NCBI GenBank assembly: GCA_964019425.1 | Contig: OZ025788.1 | Coordinates: 1,364,001 to 1,428,000, forward strand | Length of the DNA: 64,000 bases | Direction: 5' to 3' | Source of the DNA: Flectonema sp. DT1601 | Taxonomy: Eukaryota | Shown here: piece after piece, positions 43,865 through 57,200 of the stretch | Numbering within the stretch: the first letter of the stretch is position 1 | How the letters are laid out: each line of letters begins with the position of its first letter | The notes under the pieces: generated by a model | The model's database searches: none | What the model was told of the DNA's origin: nothing | Seen by the model: the letters and a program-made list of their open reading frames with translations, nothing else | Program-made: the position numbers and the translations under genes

Positions 43865-44494
43865 CTGAATAATTCTTTTTTGGTTTCCACCAAAGGAATG
43901 CTCTTATTGGGTTCCGATGATTATTTTTGTGATGTTTAATTTATTAACTTATTTCCCCTCCCTTCCTTCAGGCAGCCGCTACGGCTCCTTCTCTAAATCT
44001 AAAATGTGATACCGATACGTCAACGAGGCTACTTGTTATTTATATCTTCGTAGCCATACTTATCCAAAGACTGAGTAGAAACTCCCTCTCTCTAAGGATT
44101 TGATTAAGGAACCTGTTGTTTGATAGGAATCTTTAATTTACTGAAATAAAAAAAAAAAGAACTCCATTTCCCCAACCGAGAAAGAATCAAGAAAACCGTT
44201 TTTTTAGTTTATTATACTACTTCCCCACCCTCTTCTTTTTTTTTTTGCTTTTTTTTTTTTTCCCTCCAAAGTTTTCCTTTTTAACCCCTCACTCACAAGA
44301 ACTTTAAAAAAAAAAAACCCTAAAAAAAAAAAAAAAAGAACAGACAGTAAATCCAAAAGAAATATAAGTATCAAAAAATAAGAATAAGAAGAACACTAAA
44401 GTCGAGAGATCAGAGAAACTAAAAAAAAAAAAAAAAAAAAAGAAAAAAGAAATCAGTAAAAGCCAAAAAAGAAAAGAAAAACTAAACAATTCCA

Positions 44495-45573
44495 ATGAGG
44501 AGTGAGATGAACACTTCTTCTGGGAGCCTACCATGTTCCGAAAAGACTCAAAAGAGTACGTTGTACAGAAGCTGTTGTACAAGTAGAGGAGTCGACTGCA
44601 CAAGTTGCGATGAAAGTCCGTCGCCGTCATCGACGTCATCAACGGCTGGTGATAATTTCATTTCTCAGCTTGAGGAGGGTTCTTGCCAACTCCTTGACGA
44701 TCCATGTGTCGGTGGTACCTACATTGTTACCGATTCTACTGGAGCACCCCTCGCTATTACCAAACCCCGCTCAGAGGAACCTGGAATGAAAGAGAATCCA
44801 AAAGGGTTTACTTCTGAACCAAAACCAGGGTTCACTCCTGGAGAAGGTTATAAAAGAGAAGTAGCTGCTTACTTACTTGATTATGGAGGATTTGCTGGTG
44901 TTCCTCAAACAGTGCAATTTGAAGATGGTAGCGCTCAGAGGTTTGCTGTTCATGATAAGCAGTCGTGGGATGTACTTCCTGGTAGGTTTGATTCTGAGTC
45001 TGTGAGAGCAGTCGCTCTACTTGATTTAAGATTATTAAATTGTGATCGTCATGGTGGTAACCTTCTCGTACATAAAGAAACACTAATACCAATTGATCAT
45101 ACCTACATCTTACCTTCATCACTTGCTGAACTTGATTATGAATGGATGTTCTTCCCACAGTCAAAGACTCCATTCACGACTGAAGAACTTTCATACATTC
45201 GCTCCCTCGATTACGAACAAGACAGCGCTATTCTGTCTTCCCTCGGAATCGAACCGGAGTGCATAGAATTTCAATCTGCAGCCACCATTACGGTACAAGC
45301 TGCTGCAGAGTTGGGAATGACTCCAAAACAGATGGGTCAGTTTTTTATGCGTCAACAAGAAACCTGTCCAAGTGGACTGGAATCGGCAGTTGAAGCCAGC
45401 CGTAGTAATTTATCTGAGGGAGGTGATATTGATCTTGGGTGTGTATTGTTATCTTTTCTTATTGAAGTGTGTTTTCAACAAATTCACTTTCCAATAATAC
45501 AAAAAAAAAAAAAAACAGAAAATTTACAAAGCTTGTTCCAGTTGCCCTTAAGGAGTGGTTGGCAGAGAACTGA
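44495..45573 (+). CDS. Type II phosphatidylinositol 4-kinase (PI4K-gamma-like); exons 44495-45438 and 45519-45573
   Basis: GGTY, KPRSEEP, REVAAYLLD, DLRLLNCDRHGGNLL, IPIDH. Phase-2 intron GTGTGT...AAACAG gives DLG|KFTKLVPVALKEWLAEN*. Confidence 0.88.
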
Positions 45574-47521
45574 GGGGTGCCATTGTGTTGACACATTATT
45601 CTTCCCCTTTTCGCAATAACTAACCCTGCTATGGTTAAGTTGGCGGTTGGTTTCAGTCGATCAGCGATTGCTGTTTTGTAAAATCCCCTTACCGCGCGAA
45701 AAGCCTCCGTTTTTATTTTTTTTGAAAAAACTTTTGTTAGTTGGCTTCTCAAGAAACATGCTATCCTGATTTTGTGAAGTTGGCGGTTCCCTTTTAAAAA
45801 TCCCCACTTGTCCATTTGCGTATGTTATTTCTTCCACCAGCCTAGTGAGATAGTTTCCGTAGAACCACTTGTCGGGTTCGATTTTTATAATTACTTCTAA
45901 TAATCTATAGACATTGTTTTTATTTTTTTTTTTTAAATAATTCCAAATCTTCTGCCAAAAAAGAAGACCTCTCAGTTTATCCTTATTACTTATATTTGAG
46001 TTGTTCTTGTCATACTATCGTCCCTTATTAAGTTTTAATAAGCTCCTTCCCCGCATGCCCCGTATCAACGATTCATAGTAGTGGTGTTGGCTGTGTTGTT
46101 TCTTTTTTACTACGGTATGCATTTTTTATTCTTTTTTTGTTTATGAGTTTGCAATTTTAGGAAAAAAAACATTACGTCACTGCTTTTGTTGCCTTTTCTT
46201 AGCATTTTCCATAGTTGACGCTCCACCGTATTTTTAAGTGAAGTTTCAAGTGTGAAAATGCTGTGTGAGGAAAAGATTTTTTTTTTTTTTTTAAATTTTC
46301 CTGTTTTGTTTTATTATTCTTTTGAACAATTGTGTCCCTGTAGGTTTTCGTGTCTGCAGGGGGGGGGGGTTTTTTTTTTAAAAAAAAAACAAATCTGCAT
46401 AACAAACAAGAAAAAAAAAGAAGAAAAAAGTAGAGATCGGACTTATTCATTGTTGCTGTACTGTTAGTCGTTTTGTTCAATGCATTTGAGATGGTTTAAC
46501 GTTGCGAGAAAGTTATGCTTTTTGGAGAATACGGAAAGTAATAATAATCTCAAACATGTGTCGAAAAAATATGGAAGTTTAGCAACACACAAAAAAAAAA
46601 AAAAAAAAAAAAATTATCATATCATCGCTTTGTCCCTCTCTCTTCTCTTTTACTTTGTCTCCTGTCTCTTAAACTGGTGTGTTTTTGCACACCAATTAGT
46701 CAGCATCTTACTGCACTCTTTTGTGACATGCAAAACTGACTGTAGTCGGTACTCCATTGTTTTGTATCACATGGTTTTGAATTCTTATTACCTCTCTGGT
46801 AGTACTCGATGTGAATGGAAATGTCTTTGGTTGGTGGTAGATATCATTTATTTTTGTTTTTGGGCAATCTCTTTTTTCCCCGTCCCCGCAGCGTTTTTAC
46901 TTGTTTTTTTTTTTTTTGGAATCCTCTCTTCTCTCGCCGGAACGTTCTTAGATATTCAGTTTTTCCCTTCAGGCTGTATGCCTAAAGGAAGGGTTTTATG
47001 TACCGCATTGCGAACATGTAAGTTTGATACCCGAATAGTGCATTACTCGTGTCGGGAGAGGTTTATCGGCTCTCTTGTTGATCGACGCCCAAACCCACGA
47101 CTCTGTAATTGTATTTCTGAAGGTATCAAATGAAGGTTGTTTTATATGGAAATTGAAAAAAAAAAAGAAAAGAAGAAGAAGAAAAAACGAACAACAGGAG
47201 CTTACTTTTTCTTGTTCTTTGATTTGATCAGAAGTAAGCTACTTGAGCTTTCTTCTGAGTGTCATGTCTTGTCCCTTTGTAAAAGTAGTTCGAACCTCTG
47301 CCTCTGTTCTGTTGCCTTCCCCGTGTTGTGTTCTAGTGAGCGATCTAATTAGGAATTTTTGGAGGAAAAAGAAATAGATGAAACAATAGCTGCTACCTAA
47401 AATATATATTTCTTATTTTGTATAAACAGGATCGCTACCAACACATCAATCAATAGTAGAGGATGAATGTCAACAACAGCAATCATTATTATTAATATTT
47501 ATTTCAGAACTAAAGATAGAC

Positions 47522-50500
47522 ATGTCAACAGGGTACCGACATGCCTGGGATGACAGTAGTTTGTTTGTTAGTAGTTGGGATGAGACAGAGAGAACACCAA
47601 AGTTAGGGAATACAGATAATCACCCGTGGTCTCCTACTAAGAGTCATGAAGATGATATGGTTCAAAGACTCAGCACATTATCAAAAGAGAATCACGAGTT
47701 ACGAATTCGATCAAATAAGACAAACGAACTCCAAGACGAGGTCCGGCAACTTAAAAATGAAAATGATAAACTTCGAAAGGAACCAAAGGGAGGACAGTAC
47801 GACGACAATCGAAAGGTGTGGCCTCCACTTTCACAACTAGATGCCGAACTCTCTCGGGAGAAGGAAGAAACAGACCGACTTCGTCAGGAACGGAACGACT
47901 TGAAATACCAACTGCAGCAGATAAAGCATCGTAGCCAATCGAAACAACGAGAAGGCGATCAGAGAGATCGGTTGAAGGAAGTCATTAGCGCGTTACGCAC
48001 AGAGCACGAAGCGTCTCTTGTCGATCTGCGAAAGACTTACGAAGAAACAATTGCCCAACAAAGAACAACAATTAAGGACCAGGATGCTGAAATTAGAATG
48101 CTTCGAAACGGTTCTGCGATGACTAACTCTTCAGAAGATCACGGTAGACCTTACACTACTGGATCTGTGTTAAGTGCTCCTTATCACTCAGTTAGTTATG
48201 AAAGTTATAATTCTCCAGTTCGTCACTCCTCTCCAAAACGTCATCAGAGTCCTCCTAAATCACCTTCTCGTTCTCTGTCACCTGTACCGAATACTCCAGG
48301 TGTTCATACTTTCCAATCTCCGTTGTCACACAGCCAATCGAACTTTGCTGAACATCAAATGTCTTCGGGTGACACAACAAAGGAACGACACGACTTCTTC
48401 AACAATAGTATTGAAGCTATTCCTCATCGACCTATAGTTCACAACCTAGAAACCCGAGGAAGGGCTGGGTATCACCAACAAGCTGATGTCTCACACGTTT
48501 CCGGTGCGGTTTGTGAACTTTTGGTTTTTTAATTATAAATTCAGCTTCGGGACCATCGCAAAGCCTCCAAAACTTTCGTATGGTTTCTGGTGAGGAATAA
48601 AAAAAGAACGGAAAAACAGCTACCGCGACCAGTACCAGCACTGTCTGGACGAGGTTTATCTTCTGGGGATGTTGGAGTGAGGGGAACATCGCCTGCTATT
48701 CCTACGAGGGCGCAAAGGTGTGTTTTCTCTTTTGTTTATTGGTTTGAAATGTTGCAATTACTCCCCTGAATCTAATCTGCAAGTGTCCGCCTGCGTGTAC
48801 CACTTGCCCGAGCTCTCCGAGAGATCCCTTCGCTTTTCCGGCTTCTGTTCCCTCGCCTTCGGGGTTACCTTCACCGACTTCGTAGGAGCGACTACCACCT
48901 TCTTCATCGTTTCGATTAAACAGAGAACCCCGTCGATGGTGACAGTCTCGCCATCCCTCTCGGGACCACGCACGACCATCCACCGCATCCCGTTCCGAAC
49001 ACCATCCTTCATCTTTCTCACCTCCCATCCTTCCCTCGAAATGAGGTACTTAATCGCGTCATCCGACGTGGTCCCGATCGGTATTCCAGAAATCCTGGTT
49101 TCAGGGAGTTTGGCTGGTAAGTGAAGCTTCTCCCTTGCCGCCTTCTCATGCTAGCAGCTAGCTCTGATTCCTAGACCATGCTCATTGAGTACAAGCCCAA
49201 GGCCGCCCTCAATCTCTTCCGCCTGCGCGATACTAAGTGTGTCATCCTTCGGCAGCCACAGAACTGAAGCCTTAACAGCCTGCTCACAGGTGTGATCCTT
49301 TTCCTTCGTGAACGTTCCCCCCTTTCCTTAAGGAAGCTCCTCACCTCCGTTGCCTTCACCCGGAGCATCACCGTTACGTTCTGATCACCTACCCTCGCAT
49401 TGTAGGTGTCAACGTATCCCGGCATCTTCCTTAGTTCCTGTGTGGCCTTCATCGGCGAACGCTTCACCTCAGACCATCTCTTGTTGTCGGTCCACTTCTT
49501 CTCTATCCTTACAACCAACTCCTTCGTTTTCACTGTTGCATCAGTGTCGGTTCCTATGGGAAGGACCTCCCTGCCCAAGGCAGACAACCACAGTCTCCTC
49601 AAGGTCCTCTTCACTCCATCATCCACCTTCTCCTTGAGCACTACCTGCACTTCTTTTGCTTCGTTCATTGGGCTTAGCGTGGCCAGGGTCAGCGTTTGCC
49701 AGGCACCCGGCTTATCTCCTGCCATCCTCTTCCTCACTTCCGTTGTTGTTGTGAGGTATACCCCCCTACCATCGGCGGCATACATCTCCTCGGTCAACAC
49801 CATATTGGCCGGCCAGTATTCTGGCGCCAGCTCAAACCTCTGTATGGTGTTAGCCTCCTTCCGTGCATCATCATCCCATTTAGCCTGTACAAATTCCAGT
49901 TTGATCACCTCTCGGACGTCGCTCGCCTATTGATATAGAAAGAGTTACCTGATTACATAATGTACTTACTGTGATCTCATCAACTCACTACAAGGTTACC
50001 TGTTCGTTATGATTGGAAGTTTTTCTTTCAAAGTTGGTATTCTCGAGATCGGGGAAAGTCGATTCGCTGAAATAATAATTTCAATTATTAAAAAGAATAT
50101 TAATATCATTCTAGTATGGTCAACGTAGAATTAAGTTGAAGTGGGCTGCCGACATGGGATGGTGTTCCTGTAGTTGATTGTTTGCCAAATAAAAAATAAA
50201 AAGACTGTAAAAAGACTGTGCATCTTTTTAATCTTCAAGTTAAGTTACTGATAGTAGATATCTGATATCTCTTTATGAGATGGAGTGAAAACTTTTTTTG
50301 TGTGAAATTACGGCAAATAAAAAACAAACAGCGCACACACTGCATTACCTCCCCGAAGAGGATCAGCATCTCCAGGAGTCGGTGAGTCAGACGGAGTTGC
50401 TCAACTCGGAAGACTTCAACAACGACATGAAGAAAAACAGCGAGAGCGATACACTCGCGAGAAGAAATCAACTCCTCAAATGATCTCATCACCTCTTCAG

Positions 50501-50992
50501 AAAATTGATGATGGCAGTGGATTCTACACACAGCTAACTGGGAGGATTCATGGAAGCAGAAGATCTGAGAGTCCAGGACATGTATTAGCTCCGAATATAT
50601 TTTGTGGTGCGAGAGTTCTTCGAAACCCAGCCTCTTGGAAATGGGAAGACCAAGACGGAGGAATTGGAAATCTTGGAACTGTAATTGAAGTTGACGATGG
50701 ATGGGTTGTCGTCAGTTGGGATGGAATTCCTAAGAAAAACAGCTACCGATGGGGTCACATGGGAGTGTTTGATGTTAATATTGCAAACAAGAAACCGACT
50801 GGAATTGTATCTCCGCTCAATTCTAATTCTCCAAACCCAGCTCTCGGTCGAAGCTTGTCACCCGTCTCAATGAGAAATGAGATGAGAAAATCTAAGCCAA
50901 TCAGTCCGCTGAAATTATCTTCACAACTTTCTATTCGTCAAGAACCGATTCCAATAGATTTATCTTCTCGGTCATCATCTTCAAGTTCTTAG
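47522..50992 (+). CDS. Coiled-coil plus MIB_HERC2-domain protein; exons 47522-48508, 48620-48717, 50332-50992 (581 aa)
   Basis: Intron phases (0, then 2) join into a single frame. GARVLRNPASWKWEDQDGG...GTV...VSWD...NSYRWG is the MIB_HERC2 signature. Confidence 0.78.
48760..49930 (-). mobile_element. Antisense, frameshifted retroelement ORF1/gag-like relic in intron 2 of the MIB_HERC2 gene
   Basis: GC-richer island. Minus-strand ORFs 49171-49908 and 48758-49021 are basic and broken by frameshifts and stops; RISGIPIGTT...LISREGWEV is RRM-like. The family assignment is inference. Confidence 0.5.
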
Positions 50993-51291
50993 TGGACGAT
51001 GATGATTGGAGTTTGTTAGTTTCTATTGTACGAAACAAACATAAAAAAAAAAAAGTTTATTTTTTTTGTATCTTTTCTTTCTTCTTGTACGCCCTTTTTT
51101 GCATCCATGATTATGTTTGTTCCTTTACGTGTTTTGTTAACACCTCCTTGAGTAGATTAATGTTCTTATTGCTTATTTTAGAAAATAGTAAAAATGACGC
51201 ATGCTTTTGGATAGTTGTAGTTGTTAGTCATTTTTCAAAATTAAAATTTTTTAATTCTTCATATTCTTAGGAGGGGGGTTATAATAATACA

Positions 51292-54200
51292 GTGGCAAAC
51301 CCTGGTGGATGGTTAGAGGTTGATAGTGAAACAGAATATGTTGCAGCAGAGGATACCTCAGCCGAACGTGCTGTTCAAACCCCGTTAGCTAATGTTGCAT
51401 TTCAGGGAGGTGATGAAGAAGAGAAATGGAGGTTGGCGACTAACAATTTAGAAGCGATGATTAGTTCAATATCTGGTAGTCATTCTCAAGGTAGAAAGAC
51501 ACCACTAACAAGAGTGAAGAAAAAAAATAGGAACTCAACTCCGACTTCGGATGTTTTGTGTCCGATGCTGGAATCCGTTCCGTCATTCAGAGAGAAGAGA
51601 TTTTTAAAAAATCAAAACCCTCAAAGACTTCCAACTCAACAGAATGAACTACTTGACTTTGGAGTTGATAAGGTTGACTTCCTACAACAAGAAAAGTTAT
51701 CTAATAAATATAACAATAAAGGTAGTAGTGCTCCTTTTTACAATAAGCCAGTAGCTGGTACCAGCAGCTGTACATCAGTTCCGTTTGGAGACTTACAAAT
51801 ATCATCCAGTCAACCACCTCCACGGAGAAGAAATAGAAGAGGTGGTGCATCTGCCCCAAATTCTCGCAAATCAGTTTCTCAAGCTGACGGTGAGTTTCGT
51901 AGTCCAGTGATTCCTCCACAGCCAAGTAGGCAGGTAGTTGAGAAAGTGACCAGTCCTTTATTGTCGAAGTCTTACTCTCAGACTCAGGGGAGTGATCATG
52001 AAATGGGTTCTGAAGACAGTCAGAACAGAGGGAAGTCTAGCCCTCACTCTATCACATTTCAAAGATTCGGAAGTGATCATGAAATCGTTTTTGAAGAGAG
52101 TTCAGTGCCGCAAACCAAATCAGAAAGTCAACTCTCTGATAAGAAAACTTATCATCGAATAGGTTCTGAAGATGATCACAATGGAGGCCAGTCTAGAACA
52201 TTTCAGAGAGTAGGAAGTGATCACGAGATTGGTTTTGAAGACAGCCCGCTGATGTTCAACAGCAAACACAAATCTGATCTTAACTCTCAGCAGTCAAGTG
52301 ACTTAGAAATGGGATCTGAGATGAGCCATCCAAGAAACCACTCTCTAACTTATCAAAGAGTTGGAAGTGATCATGAGATTGGTTGTGAAGATAGTCCGAT
52401 AATGTTGTTTCCTAAAAAAGTAAAATCTTCAACTTCTCTTCACCGAGTAAGAAGCGACAACGAACTAACCAGTCCGCTTACACGGACCTCAGGCACCTTT
52501 CAGAGAGTGGGAAGCGATCATTTCCAAAACAGTTCGATGCTGTCGCTTCAAGGAAGTAACAAGAACGGAACCTCTCAGACATTTAATAAAATAGCAAGTG
52601 ATAACGACATCAGCTTACGGGACACATTGTCCCTTCGAGGAAGTATGAAGAAAGAAAAGTCGTCATTTCAGGGAGTTAAAAGTGATAATGGGATTAGATT
52701 ACAAGACAGTCCTATATTATTATCAACTCATGGTAGCACAAATAATGATAAAAGGAAATCTGATAGACACTCGAGGAAGTCCGGCAGCTACCAATCGCTG
52801 ACTTTTCAGCAACTGGCAAGTGACTTTTCGGGAACCCCCTTTGCTGGGAGTTTTGCAAGCGAGCCGAAGAGGAAGAGGAGGAGTAAGAAAGCTTCGAAAA
52901 CAACTATTGGGGCGAGTAGTGAACAGGACTCAGATTTTCAAAGATTAAGTCCTCAGACTCTCATGAGTGGACATGCTCACGATGATATGTCAGCAGAAGA
53001 CGACTTACTGGGAACCACCCGCAGCAATATAAAAACAGGTGATGACCTCGGATTGGGTTCAACACACTCACCAATATGTAATCCACTGATGCCCTCAATA
53101 GACACGTCCAGATCTGTTACTTCTCGTGGTGTTTGTGATAGACCTCAACTTTCTCATTTATCAACACCACTACTAACAACAACAGTTGAATATCATAATA
53201 AGTTAAACAGCAGAGATAGTGATTATGATTTAATTGAAGAAGAAGAGTTGCCAGTCGATAGAATACAAAGTAATAAACCAAATCAGTGGTATGAAATTGA
53301 TAGCGAATTGGAATACGAAGAACCAACACAACCAGAGCCAGTAATTCAACAAACAGAACTACCAATCCGATTAGGAGGTAATGTGATCGCTCATTCATTT
53401 TATAACTGTGATACCTCTTCTGAGACTAATGAATGGTCTTCATCATCTCACAGTAGTAAAGTCTACGATGACGATGACGACTCAACAGATGCTGTTCGAA
53501 CATCAAACCAGGACGATTGGCCTCGTTGGAGAATAGCAATTCGGAAATTCTATCTTTCAAGGCCGTGGATTGATCAAATCTTTTTGGTTGTGATAATATT
53601 AAATTGTGTTTTATTAGCTCTCAGTGATCCAACGAAAACTAGTTCTGCGCGCTCACAAATAATTGATATTGGCGATTCTTGTTGTACAGCTGTTTATGTA
53701 TTTGAGATGATCTTCAAAATAACATGTTTCGGTCTAAAACAATATCTAACAGTCGGCTGGAACATCGTCGACGGAATTGTAGCAATCACAGGAGCATTAT
53801 CTCTAATTAACTATTTGGGAAGGAATGGTGTTCTGGGAGCATTCAAATTAGTTCGACCGATTAAAATAGCATCAGCAATCCCTCAAATGGGAGTTTTAAT
53901 TAGTTCTCTAAATAGAGCTTTACCTTTATTATTTAATGTAGTGGTGTTGTATTTGTTCTTCTTAATAGCGATGGGTGTTGTAGGAGTTCAACAGTGGGAG
54001 GGACTATTAAGTTTTAGATGTGTTCCTGATGGACTAGCATTACTCGGTAATGTGACTGAAGACATGTTGGAAGAAGACTTCTCCGATATTGTTTGTCGCA
54101 ATCTGTCAGATTTCACTTCTCTCGGAGGCTACTACTGCCCTTGGGGTTACAGCTGTATTTCTGTAGCTGATCCTGATGACGGTTGGCTTTCATTTAACAA

Positions 54201-57200
54201 CATATTTTATGCAATGTTAGTTCTATTCACCTCTATCACATTGGAAGGTTGGACACAGGCCATGTACCACACGGTTAACGCTACTACTCCTTTTGCTGTT
54301 TGTTATTGGCTTTTTTTAATATTATTTGGAACTTATTTCCTAATGAATCTGACTCTTCTGATCATAACAGAGATGTTCAGCACCGACGTGAGTACTAAAA
54401 AACTTAGGGCTACGAAGAGGGAGAAACGAAACACCCTTTTAGTGGCAATACGAAATTCAAGGGTTGGAAAGTTCTTAGAACCAGCATTTGTATGGGTGTA
54501 TAACTTATTGGTTTTCATTGGTGAGTGTACTCGTCCTGAAGATAAAAGAGAAGTGGTTAGAAAGTTTATAAACACCAGACTATTTAAGTACACAACGATG
54601 ACAGCTATATTAGTAAACACAGTCGCTTTGTCTGTTCAGTATCACGGACAGCCTCAAAAAATGACAACCGTAATTGATAATATGAATATTGTTTTATTAG
54701 TTTTCTTTATTGTTGAAGTACTAGTGAAGATGTATCCAGGACTGCGCGGCTTTGGTGTCGATGTTTTTAACGTTTTGGATTTATTAATTGTCGTTGCTGG
54801 GATTGTTGAATTAGCAATCGGAGGTTCGGGAGCCATCTCCGCTTTGCGGTCTCTTCGTGTTCTTCGAGTGTTGAAGTTGGCATCCTTTCCAACTCTTCAA
54901 AGAATTCTCACAATGATATTTTCAAGCATTAGTCAAGTTGGGTATTTAATTTGTTTATTATTCCTCGTAATGTCCTTATGCTCATTGTGGGGGATGGAAC
55001 TCTTTGGCGGAGAGTACAAAGAGCACAGATCAAATTTCGATTCATTTCACAAAGGAGTCGTCACGTCATTTCAAATAATTACTGGAGAAGACTGGAATGA
55101 AGTAATGCATCACGCGATGACTTCTGTTGGTGGTTGGGCAGCTATCTTCTTCATGATGTTGTTTGTAGTTGGAAATTATTTAGTATTGAACTTATTCGTT
55201 GCGGTATTACTACATCACAATCACGAAGAAGCGAAGCTCGCAAGAAATGTTCCACACGTAAAGTTTTCAGATCTCACGACTAGTGTGAAATCACAACTTC
55301 ATCGAATAAAAAAAGGACAACTTGTTAACCTTCTCCTCAGACATGGAATCTCAAGAAAGATAATTTCTGGTTTATTACAATTTAATGAAAGATGTCTCCA
55401 CGATGGATGTGCTTTCGCTTCTCTACACGAAGAAACAGATTTAGTCGAAGCGATTAGTGAGCCGCATTGGAGGGCTCGAGTTTTACGAACATCAAATCTC
55501 CTTCGTCACAGTATTAAATTATTTATAAATCCAGTTGATCATATTTCATTTGTTCTTGGTGAGCTGAGTGCTTTTTATTCCACTCTTGACGTTAAGGTTG
55601 TTCTTGAAGATCCAATGCTGGCATTGAAACAACCGTTGCCAACTCTTCCTGACGTGTCTTCTGAAGATAGTGACCGACTCAGTGTCGGTGGTGTTAGTGT
55701 GTGTACAGAATACACTGAGGCTACAGAGGTGAAGGATGTTTCTGAAATTGTTTGTTCGTGTAGTGACGATCCAAGACTTCTTGAGTCAAGACTGACTATG
55801 AAATATTCTTCGGAACCTGACATGACTCTCAAAAGAGGAAATAACAAAAAGCGTCTGCAACTAATTCGAAGCTTTAAGAATTGGATTTCATGTGAAACTA
55901 TTGCTCGTGATGATCGTAAAATGGTCGAAATCAGACTCTTAGATCTCTGCCGACATTATAATCTCCACGACAAGCAGTGGACGAAAGCAGACATTCACTC
56001 GCTTTTAATAAGTTACACGGATGCTCCTAAGAAGTTACCTGACGCTTTGAATAAGATTATCCACGTTCCTGCAGCTGAATTAATATTTCTGTATGACTGG
56101 GGTCAGCAACTTGTCTCATCGAACAGTGAGAAGACACTCAGAGAGATGTACGCAGACAGAGTTAGAATAGGAGAAAAGCGAAAGCCAAACACAATGCTAG
56201 ATCAGGCATGGCATTCTATTCAAGATTTCAGCAGCTACTACGCTCGTAAAGAACCCACAAAGAAACCTTCTTGTTTTAGAAGAGGGTTAGTTTTAGTTGT
56301 GGAGCATCCAGTGTTCGAATTCGCTGTTCTTGCAGCGATTTGCATCTCAACAGTCAGCCTCGCAATTGACACCCCTCTGAGACCTGATGATCACCCTGTT
56401 GAAATTTTATTAGCGAAAGTTAATTTTGTAATCACTTTGGTTTTTATATCAGAAGTTGTTTTAAAGTCTGTTGCTTATGGCTTTGTGTCAACACCTGGAT
56501 CGTATTTAAGAAGAGAAGTTTGGAATAGATTAGATTTCTTTATTGTTTTCGTATCAGTTCTGAGTTTAGTAGTTCCGAATGCTTCACACATCAGTAGCTT
56601 TAAACTGTTGAGGACACTTCGTCCACTTCGATTTATCAATCGAATTAGAGGAGTTAGAATTGTAGCGACTGCGATGATATTATCATTCCCACCACTGGTC
56701 CAGATCGCTGTTATTTCTGTTGTTATTTGGTTGGTCTTTGCGATACTTGGTCTTCAGCTATTTGGAGGTCGTCTGTATCGCTGTACTAGTGTCTCTTACG
56801 GAGACGTATCTCAAGAAATCTACAACACAAGAGACATCTGTCTAAGCCACAATTATAGCTGGGTAAACTCTGACACAAACTTTGACAATGTGGGGAATTC
56901 CTTCATCGCTTTGTTTCAGGTTGCTACACTTGAGGGTTGGGTTTCTCTGATGTACCGCAGCATTGATTCCGTGTCTTATGAACACGCGCCCATTAAAGAT
57001 AACAATCCCTGGGTGGCTTATTACTACATTGGTTTTATTATTTTCGGATCGTTTTTAATTTTGAACCTTTTTATTGGAGTTCTCATCGAGACCTATGCCA
57101 GTGAAAAGGAGCGAATTGGTGCATCGCTGTTCCTCAGTCAGGAACAGGAAAAGTGGGTACGCGTTCACATGGAGATGCTTCAGATGGTCAAAGAGGGGAT

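Noticed and set aside
45600..47400. ORFs 46199-47352, including the 217-aa ORF at 46480
   Set aside because: Poly-K/poly-F translations of A/T tracts; probably UTR or intergenic.
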